Part shown: positions 1 to 6,547 of the stretch, piece after piece
Layout of the letters: every line of letters begins with the position of its first letter
How positions within the stretch are numbered: position 1 is the first letter of the stretch
IMG/VR virus record: IMGVR_UViG_3300022218_000004
Span: 1 to 42,129 of that record
Reading direction: 5' to 3' (one strand)
Source of the DNA: a virus
Lineage: Duplodnaviria > Caudoviricetes
Length of the DNA stretch: 42,129 nt
The notes under the pieces: generated by a model
The model's input: only the letters and a program-made list of their open reading frames with translations
What the model was told of the DNA's origin: nothing
The model's database searches: none
Made by a program: the position numbers and the translations under genes

Positions 1-9
1 GAGCGACTG
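1..9. repeat. Terminal duplication GAGCGACTG (left copy); putative cosN/cohesive end
   Basis: Identical to 42121-42129. The joined sequence GTTATG|GAGCGACTGCCC resembles lambda GTTACG|GGGCGGCGACCT. Confidence 0.75.
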
Positions 10-63
10 CCCAATTTTTCACAATTTTCAACTCAAAAATCAAGTTTACAGAGGCTGATTAAA

Positions 64-432
64 ATGAAATATAAATTGAAGATTCCAAAAGAATACAGAG
101 AAGTTTTAGCGCCGTACTTCTTGGATTATGACAATATGATCTTAGTTAAAACAAAGAACAAGGATGAGTATTGTGTGTATCCTGGGAGCGGCGTTGTTCA
201 TGTAACCCTCATCAATATTCCGGAAGTTTTGGTTCCTGTTCTTTTGGAAGAAATCAAAGATGAGCCGGTGAGTGCGTTGGTATGGGTAGACGATAAAGTG
301 ACAGAACATGGTGTTTGTGATAAATGCCAGCGGTTAAATATGAACGCTTTTGATATATTCAGAGCAGGCGAAGCAAACAACGAACTACGCCACAAACCAA
401 AACAGACTCTTGAGGGGGTGTTTTATGAGTGA
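64..432 (+). CDS. Hypothetical phage protein
   Basis: 122-aa ORF with GAGG upstream; no recognisable domain. Confidence 0.65.
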   Translation: MKYKLKIPKEYREVLAPYFLDYDNMILVKTKNKDEYCVYPGSGVVHVTLINIPEVLVPVLLEEIKDEPVSALVWVDDKVTEHGVCDKCQRLNMNAFDIFRAGEANNELRHKPKQTLEGVFYE

Positions 433-526
433 CCATCCCGAAGTAATGGGTGCAATTGAATTCAAGTGGTACAAGATCGGCTTTATCGCATCAGCAAAGA
501 ATCTAGGCCACGAAATCGAATAATTC

Positions 527-620
527 TGTCAACAGTTGACAACTCCAAAAACCAGTTGACAAAAAAACGAACTTTTTGAACCTCAAACCTTTTATTGACA
601 ATATTTAGGATGGTTGACAA
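527..620. repeat. ~20-bp periodic TTGACA array with a palindrome; protein-binding array
   Basis: TTGACA at 536, 556, 595, 614 and TTGAAC at 576; palindrome TGTCAAC-A-GTTGACA at 527-541. Confidence 0.7.
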
Positions 621-822
621 AATGATAATAAAAACGGCAGAAATAACGCAACAGGAATGCCAGAACATGATAAACCTCCCTGGATGTGTTGAGCGCCTTC
701 TTGTTGAGAAAGGATTCGAGAAATCAGGCGGAATTTTATTGCCTAGATTAAAAGGGAAAATTTCAACTTGGCGAAATATGGTTACGGGTTCTTTCCATTA
801 TACCCAGGAGATATCTGATTAA
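595..822 (+). CDS. Hypothetical protein (real start probably ATG 610 or 622)
   Basis: ORF in a tightly packed run of small genes. Confidence 0.55.
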   Translation: MTIFRMVDKMIIKTAEITQQECQNMINLPGCVERLLVEKGFEKSGGILLPRLKGKISTWRNMVTGSFHYTQEISD

Positions 823-823
823 A

Positions 824-991
824 ATGAACGAAGCCCAAGCCGAAGAGCGTTACAGAAACCTTATAATCGCATGGGAGAACTTTATCCGCGACACGGAGAT
901 CAGAGCAGGCGCAAAACTTTTATTCAACCCGGCCCGCTTCGAGACTGCAGCGGAAGCAGAGCAGAGGAAACTTGAAAACGCCGGGTGTTGA
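824..991 (+). CDS. Small hypothetical protein (55 aa, MNEAQAEERY...)
   Basis: Read manually: ATG one base after the previous stop, open to TGA at 989-991. Confidence 0.5.
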   Translation: MNEAQAEERYRNLIIAWENFIRDTEIRAGAKLLFNPARFETAAEAEQRKLENAGC

Positions 992-1036
992 GGCAAATAA
1001 TCAAGCGGCGTGACCGCTTATAATGGAGATTGGAGA

Positions 1037-1474
1037 ATGAATATAATTGAGGTAATTGGGCAAGCGAAACATGGCGATCAATTTAAAAGATCATCGTCAC
1101 CCGGCCTGTCAGGTATAGAAGACATTAGAGAAAACGAAATTTACAACCTGACAGCAGAGGAAATTATGGCGGATGACTGGCAAATCATCAGATCAGAGCC
1201 CGAGGTCTTGACAGACGAAGATTTGATTGCCGGCGTTTATGTCAATCCAGAAAAGAGAGCTGTATTCACAGAAAAAGAGATTATTAGGTTTTCTAAAAAG
1301 TGCGACAAAAACGGCCAAAACAAAGAATGGAAGCGATTGAAGCCGTTGATTGATGCGGCCAAAAATGTAAGGAAGTATTGTGCAACGCTTTTTGAATCAA
1401 ACGACAAATTAAAAACAATGTGCGATTTATCAAAAGCGCTTGAAAACCTAACTCCACCATGGGAGATCGAATGA
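1037..1474 (+). CDS. Protein with DUF2829/Tad2-like N-terminal domain plus an extension
   Basis: GGAG RBS before ATG 1037; MNIIEVIGQAKHGDQFKR...EEIMADDWQII resembles the MN..EA...K.G...R...D..A.DW pattern. Confidence 0.5.
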   Translation: MNIIEVIGQAKHGDQFKRSSSPGLSGIEDIRENEIYNLTAEEIMADDWQIIRSEPEVLTDEDLIAGVYVNPEKRAVFTEKEIIRFSKKCDKNGQNKEWKRLKPLIDAAKNVRKYCATLFESNDKLKTMCDLSKALENLTPPWEIE

Positions 1475-1555
1475 AAGATATAATCAACGCGCTTGTTATA
1501 TCGGCTATGGTTTTAGTTATTTTTATCTTGTTCCAAATCCTTGCCACTTTTTAAA

Positions 1556-2206
1556 ATGAAAGGAACCCAAGCGGAAGTTATCAAAGCCCTGAAAAAAGAT
1601 CACGGCATAACCTGCAGCCGAACCATTATTTCAAGGCTTTCAGGTGAAGATGATGAGCGAATTATCAAATTCAAAAACGGTAAGATCAGGGTAAAAGAAA
1701 CAGTCGCCGCCCTGGTTGAGTCTGGTTTCGGTAGAAAGGCGGGGATTCCGATCACAAGGCCAGATGGAACAAAGGGCGAAACGACTGAAGAGCCGGCCAG
1801 GAACGGGCAAAAACTCAGCAATGAAGATCTTGAAAAGATAATTCAAGAGCATATCGACGGTAAACCTATTACCCTGCAGACGCCTCGGGTGGTCGTAGAA
1901 AAATACAAGGCCATTCAATCCGCTGATAAAGACCGTATCGCTAACGAGATCAAGCTCGGGCTTTATCATCCAAAGGATGAAATAGAGGAGAAATCTTTTG
2001 AGCTTTTCCGCACCATCAGAGACAAGTCAAAGACAGGATTTGAAAAGGCAGCTTTAAAAATGCGCTCGGCTAAATCAACCCACGAAGCCCGCCAAATAGC
2101 AGAGACAGAACACCACAAAATCTTTTCTTCTGTCATTGCCGAATACGATCAGTCAGACGAAACGGTTAAAAAAAAACTTTTACAACTTTTGACAGGGTCA
2201 ACTTAA
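1556..2206 (+). CDS. terS: Terminase small subunit (Nu1-like)
   Basis: N-terminal wHTH-like TQAEVIKALKKDHGITCSRTIISRL; C-terminal helical RIANEIKLGLYHPKDEIEEKSFELFRTIRD; lies directly before TerL. Confidence 0.8.
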   Translation: MKGTQAEVIKALKKDHGITCSRTIISRLSGEDDERIIKFKNGKIRVKETVAALVESGFGRKAGIPITRPDGTKGETTEEPARNGQKLSNEDLEKIIQEHIDGKPITLQTPRVVVEKYKAIQSADKDRIANEIKLGLYHPKDEIEEKSFELFRTIRDKSKTGFEKAALKMRSAKSTHEARQIAETEHHKIFSSVIAEYDQSDETVKKKLLQLLTGST

Positions 2207-4158
2207 GCGCACTCGAACCGGATCCCAATGAACCTGTCGACGTATGGGCGGAAAAGCGCTTTCACCTTCCCGCAAGCTCAGAGATTCAAGGGCTGATTGA
2301 TCTATCCTACAGCCCACATATCATCCAGCCACTTAGGGACCTATCCCCACAAAGCCCGGTCAGGGTTGTTTATTTGGTATGCGGGACTCAAGTGGCCAAG
2401 TCAACTATGAATTTAGTGTTGATTGCCTACCGTATTGACTGCAAAATCAGGGGGCCTGTGCTGGCCATGCACGCCGTGAAAGGTATGGCCACAGATTGGG
2501 CAAAGGATGAGCTTGCCGGAACCATTGCAGCGAACAAATATATTTCGGACGTTCTTCATAGAGCCAAGAAAGGGGATGACAATCACCTCTTTAAAAAGTG
2601 GCCATGGGGCTCATTGATTGTCAGGGGCGGAGATAGCGGAACTTCTTACGCAAAAATATCAGCATCCCTTCTATTGATCGATGATATTGACAGATTTAAA
2701 ATGAATATCGGCGGAACCACTTCCGGAAAACACAAAGACAGGAAAATCGGTGAGGGCTCGCCTTTGGAGTTGCTATTTGATAGGGTTTCAGGTAGATTTG
2801 GAAACTATAAAATATTTGTGAACTCTTCGCCAAGGGCGGAGGGTGAAAGTATTATTTGGCCGGCTTATGAATCAGCGGATCAAAATCATTTTTATGTGAA
2901 GTGCCCACGGTGCGGCCATTATCAAACATGGGAATTTGAAAACCTAAAATTCAAGCACAAAGACTTCACTCTCACAGAAGAGCCCTACATTCTTTGTCAG
3001 AATACCGACTGTCAGAAAGTTGCAACCGGCCCAGGATTCAAGGCAAAAGAAAAACCCCGGGTTTACGAAGATGACAAATACAGGGTTATGCAGAACTGGG
3101 AGTATAGGCCTCATTCAGAAAGTATTGACCCACTATCAAAAAGCTACCGTGTTTCAAGTCTTTACTCCATGCTCGGTTATCCATTCTCACAGTACGCAAC
3201 CGACTGGTTGTCAGCGGACAAGGCATTTAAAGAGCTCGGCGACGAGGCCAAAAAGATCAGGCACCGAAACACTAAACAAGCAATGCCATGGAAACGCAAA
3301 GCAGGAAAAAAAATCCAACACTCAGCCCTTTTTAAAACTATGGAAAATTTGGATCCACTACCAGAAGACTGCGTCATTTTGAGTTGCGGTTTTGATGTTC
3401 AGGAAAACCCCGGAAGGATCGAGGGGCAGGTCAACGGATACGGGCCAAACAATGACAGGTTTTTGATTGATCACAGGATTTTCGGCGGGGATCCCAAAAT
3501 TAAACCAGGTCTTGAGGGAAGCCCCTGGAATGATGTTGCCGACTTTCTCCTGACAAAGCGTTACCGCAATTCATGGGGGCAGGATCAGCCGATTTATTGC
3601 GCTGCAATTGACATAGGGTGGGGAAAAGAAGAGGCATGGATTAAGTATTTTATTCAGAACTTTGAGCCTTTGAACCTGGGAAACATGTATCAGCCTATTT
3701 TTGGAGTGTTTGGAAAGGAAATCACCAAAGGATCAATTAATTTCATGAGCCGAACAGCAACCCAGGACGTTGACGGATTCGAAACATGGGGGATGTATTC
3801 GAATATCAAAAGGGTAGCAATTCGGAACCTTTTGGAAAAACATATTGAGAATAAACAGGCCGGCAATGAAAGCAACTTACATATCGGAAACAAGCCATGT
3901 TTCACAGAGGATTTTTTCAGACAATTGACGATCAGGCAGCCAGATGAAAAGGGGATCATGGTCAAGCCATACGACCACGCCAGAGACGAGCCGGAAAGCT
4001 GCATGTTTATCGCTGACGCCGCCTTTATTCTTTCATTCAAAGACTATGAATTTGGTATTGATTGGGATGATTTTAAAAAATGGAATAGCGAAGGAATCAA
4101 CGACGGAACCAGCGGAAAAAAGGCAAAACGTGTGATTAGTAGGGGTATACAAGTTTAG
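2170..4158 (+). CDS. terL: Terminase large subunit (lambda GpA family); frame open from 2170, no canonical start before the conserved N-terminus
   Basis: LEPDPNEPVDVWAEKRFHL..G..YSPHI N-terminal motif; Walker A-like TQVAKST; Walker B-like LLLIDDID; CPRCGHYQ; nuclease motif GFDVQ. Confidence 0.92.
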   Translation, partial: KKTFTTFDRVNLSALEPDPNEPVDVWAEKRFHLPASSEIQGLIDLSYSPHIIQPLRDLSPQSPVRVVYLVCGTQVAKSTMNLVLIAYRIDCKIRGPVLAMHAVKGMATDWAKDELAGTIAANKYISDVLHRAKKGDDNHLFKKWPWGSLIVRGGDSGTSYAKISASLLLIDDIDRFKMNIGGTTSGKHKDRKIGEGSPLELLFDRVSGRFGNYKIFVNSSPRAEGESIIWPAYESADQNHFYVKCPRCGHYQTWEFENLKFKHKDFTLTEEPYILCQNTDCQKVATGPGFKAKEKPRVYEDDKYRVMQNWEYRPHSESIDPLSKSYRVSSLYSMLGYPFSQYATDWLSADKAFKELGDEAKKIRHRNTKQAMPWKRKAGKKIQHSALFKTMENLDPLPEDCVILSCGFDVQENPGRIEGQVNGYGPNNDRFLIDHRIFGGDPKIKPGLEGSPWNDVADFLLTKRYRNSWGQDQPIYCAAIDIGWGKEEAWIKYFIQNFEPLNLGNMYQPIFGVFGKEITKGSINFMSRTATQDVDGFETWGMYSNIKRVAIRNLLEKHIENKQAGNESNLHIGNKPCFTEDFFRQLTIRQPDEKGIMVKPYDHARDEPESCMFIADAAFILSFKDYEFGIDWDDFKKWNSEGINDGTSGKKAKRVISRGIQV

Positions 4159-4159
4159 A

Positions 4160-4188
4160 TTGACAACCCCCAAAAAAATGAATATCCT
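4160..4188 (+). promoter_or_regulatory. Sigma70-type promoter for the inserted cassette
   Basis: TTGACA (4160-4165), 17-bp spacer, TATCCT (4183-4188). Confidence 0.7.
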
Positions 4189-4212
4189 TAAATTGTTCTT
4201 TTCATAACTCCT

Positions 4213-4272
4213 GCCGGTTCGGGTTTAGCGGCCCAATGTGAGAGATTGCCCTACACAATCTCTCACGCCGGT
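4213..4272 (+). ncRNA. C4-antisense-like three-stem RNA in the leader
   Basis: Closing stem GCCGGT/GCCGGT; hairpin GGGTT-TAGC-GGCCC; perfect 11-bp hairpin GTGAGAGATTG-CCCTACA-CAATCTCTCAC, whose loop is complementary to TGTAGGG at 4283-4289. Confidence 0.6.
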
Positions 4273-4296
4273 TACAACGGTCTGTAGGGGATTGTC

Positions 4297-4746
4297 ATGC
4301 CTGATGTATTCACAAATAACGGAAATGCAGCTTTAGACAATATTGCATTGTTCCGAAAAATCGCACACCTTGATTTAAAAATCAGCTTCAAAAATGATCA
4401 AGGCAAGCTGAAATCACGAACCGCTTTAAAATCTATTCTCTTTGTCCTGGCTACGTTCAGGAATAACACAACTTCACAGTGCAACCCTGATACTAGAACC
4501 ATTGCGGATCTTGCTGGTTGCTCAAGGGATACCGTTAACCGATCTCTGAACACTTTGATTGAACACGGTATTTTGATAAAAATATCATCCCCGGTCGGTA
4601 GCAATGTTAAAAATAAGTATTATTTCTGTTTAGATATGCCAGACTTGATTGGAATATTTGAAGATGACGAACACGAAATACATAATACTCCCGAGGGTGA
4701 AAGTGTTGAGGAGGCAATTGAAATTTATAGATCCCATGTCTTATAG
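4297..4746 (+). CDS. Winged-helix (HTH_36-like) DNA-binding protein, replication-initiator-like N-terminal domain
   Basis: KSILFVLATFRN...CNPDTRTIADLAGCSRDTVNRSLNTLIEHGIL...N.Y. Confidence 0.8.
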   Translation: MPDVFTNNGNAALDNIALFRKIAHLDLKISFKNDQGKLKSRTALKSILFVLATFRNNTTSQCNPDTRTIADLAGCSRDTVNRSLNTLIEHGILIKISSPVGSNVKNKYYFCLDMPDLIGIFEDDEHEIHNTPEGESVEEAIEIYRSHVL

Positions 4747-4860
4747 TAAGACACCGGTGTCTTATGGTGCGTCCCTTCATGTCTTATAGTAAGACATGCT
4801 CGTGTCTTATGGTAAGACACTAACAAGTAATAAACAAATAAAAGAACAAATAAATTGAAT
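4737..4860. repeat. Palindromic iteron-like array followed by an A-rich tract
   Basis: TGTCTTAT(A/G)GTAAGACA at 4737, 4780 and 4803, half site at 4758; then AACAAGTAATAAACAAATAAAAGAACAAATAAA. Confidence 0.85.
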
Positions 4861-4913
4861 AACCCTGTTTTTTTCAAAACAGGACATAAATTTCTTTTTA
4901 AAAAGGGGATTCA

Positions 4914-5528
4914 ATGGAAGATAAAATAATACAAAAGGATTTTAAGAAAGATCGTCAGAGAAAAAGCAAAGGGCGTTTTGTTGGGCATTCAACGCCAAAA
5001 ATTGAAAACAGCTTGCCAGCTTCAGACCTTTTAGAAATGGCAGAACACCAAATGGTTAGAGTTTTTGAATTGATGTCAGAATTTGAATATGAATCCCTAC
5101 CTATTTTGGAGAGTTTAAAAGAAGAGTTTGAAATAGAATATGATCGGGGCATCACCACAGACGCGCTTTATTTTCAAAATTTATTTAAAAGAGTTTTTGA
5201 TTCGTACCGGTCAAAAGTAGGCGAATTGTCATTTTTACAAGAATTAAAGGATTCAGGTTATCCAGATTACCCATACAAGACGCTTGAGGATTCTGGATAT
5301 GTAATGATTTATACACATGATTTAAAGTATTCTAAGGCTGAACACCGGTATATCTATGAAAAATACAGCGGCGAAACACTTAACAAATACACTGTTGTTC
5401 ATCATATCAACAGAAACCGTTCTGATAATCGCTTCGAAAATTTACAAGCCATGACCAGAAGCCAGCACTCAAAACTTCACGGTAAAAAAGAGAACAGAAC
5501 AAAGAAGGAATTGAGGCTCGAAATCTAG
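4914..5528 (+). CDS. HNH endonuclease (HNH_3-like C-terminus)
   Basis: EHRYIYE...VVHHINRNRSDNRFENLQAMTRSQHSKLH. Confidence 0.85.
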   Translation: MEDKIIQKDFKKDRQRKSKGRFVGHSTPKIENSLPASDLLEMAEHQMVRVFELMSEFEYESLPILESLKEEFEIEYDRGITTDALYFQNLFKRVFDSYRSKVGELSFLQELKDSGYPDYPYKTLEDSGYVMIYTHDLKYSKAEHRYIYEKYSGETLNKYTVVHHINRNRSDNRFENLQAMTRSQHSKLHGKKENRTKKELRLEI

Positions 5529-5564
5529 TAAATAACATAGTCGGGCAAAAACCCGACTGTAAAA

Positions 5565-6107
5565 ATGGGGTTTGAAAAGATGAAAAAATCAGGAATGGGA
5601 TCCCATCATAGTGCAAACATGGGAAAAGATGAGTGGCTAACTCCTCCGGCAATTATACGATCGTTTGGAGAATTCGACCTTGATCCGTGTTCACCGATCG
5701 TCAGGCCATGGGATACAGCAAAAGAACACTATACAATAAAAATCGACGGGTTATCAATGCCTTGGTTTGGTCGTGTCTGGATGAATCCCCCTTACGGAAA
5801 ACATACCGGGGCATGGTTAAAAAAACTCTCTGAACATGGCAACGGAATTGCGCTTATATTTGCCAGGACAGAAACAAAAATGTTTTTTGATTGGGTTTGG
5901 AGCAGGGCGAACGCGGTATTTTTTTTAAAAGGCAGACTTTCATTTTTTCACGTTGACGGAAGGCAAGCCAAAGACGACGCCGGGGCCCCGTCTTGTTTGA
6001 TTGCTTATGGTGAAAACAATATTAAGGCGATCGCTAATTCAGGCATTATAGGAAAATTAATAATCTTGGATCCGGAAAAGAACTTTGATGAGCAATATAA
6101 TTTCTAA
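5565..6107 (+). CDS. Phage DNA N6-adenine methyltransferase
   Basis: DEWLTP, FDLDPCS, W.GRVWMNPPYG, ARTET..F, GRLSF motifs. Confidence 0.92.
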   Translation: MGFEKMKKSGMGSHHSANMGKDEWLTPPAIIRSFGEFDLDPCSPIVRPWDTAKEHYTIKIDGLSMPWFGRVWMNPPYGKHTGAWLKKLSEHGNGIALIFARTETKMFFDWVWSRANAVFFLKGRLSFFHVDGRQAKDDAGAPSCLIAYGENNIKAIANSGIIGKLIILDPEKNFDEQYNF

Positions 6108-6133
6108 CCCAAAACCCACCAAAATCAGCCACT

Positions 6134-6197
6134 AATCGAAAACAATCGAATTTAATCGAAAAAAAGCTTGACACATTCTAAAAACCTCGTTTATTAT
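6134..6197 (+). promoter_or_regulatory. Structural-operon promoter with three phased AATCGAA boxes
   Basis: AATCGAA at 6134, 6144 and 6154; TTGACA 6168-6173, 18-bp spacer, TATTAT 6192-6197. Confidence 0.7.
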
Positions 6198-6269
6198 CTA
6201 ATTTCAATGAAACGATAAAAACGCGGGGTAAAATGTTTTCGAAAACACAAAGAACCTCAAAGCACACTC

Positions 6270-6305
6270 AGGGATAGCGGATATAAATCTGTTATCCCTT
6301 TTTTT
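6270..6305 (+). terminator. Intrinsic terminator in the leader of the head operon
   Basis: AGGGATAGCGGAT-ATAA-ATCTGTTATCCCT followed by a T run. Confidence 0.8.
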
Positions 6306-6316
6306 ATGGGCAAAAT

Positions 6317-6547
6317 ATGGCCGGTTGGGATCTGGAAAACTTAACAGAAGAGTTTAACACATGGAAGGCAGCCAGCACAGCCATTGCAACCGGGCAGGAA
6401 TACGAAATTGCAGGACGGCGGCTTGAAAGAGCAAATCTTGAAGAGGTCCGCGAGTATTTGGATTATTTAGACGGAAAAATCAAAGCACTTGAAGAAAATT
6501 CAGCGGGCGGACTGATTACGAGTCAAATTTCATTAACTGACAGATAA
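6317..6547 (+). CDS. Head-tail joining protein, gpW-like (DUF6148-like)
   Basis: AIATGQEYEIAGRRLERANLEEV motif; lies just before the portal. Confidence 0.85.
   Translation: MAGWDLENLTEEFNTWKAASTAIATGQEYEIAGRRLERANLEEVREYLDYLDGKIKALEENSAGGLITSQISLTDR

Noticed and set aside
2374-2376. TTG 2374 as the TerL start (ORF track)
   Set aside because: It lies immediately before the Walker A motif, would delete the conserved N-terminal GpA motifs, and has no RBS.
4737-4820. Palindromic repeats as a mini-CRISPR array
   Set aside because: Spacers are only a few bp and there are no cas genes; the layout fits iterons or operators.
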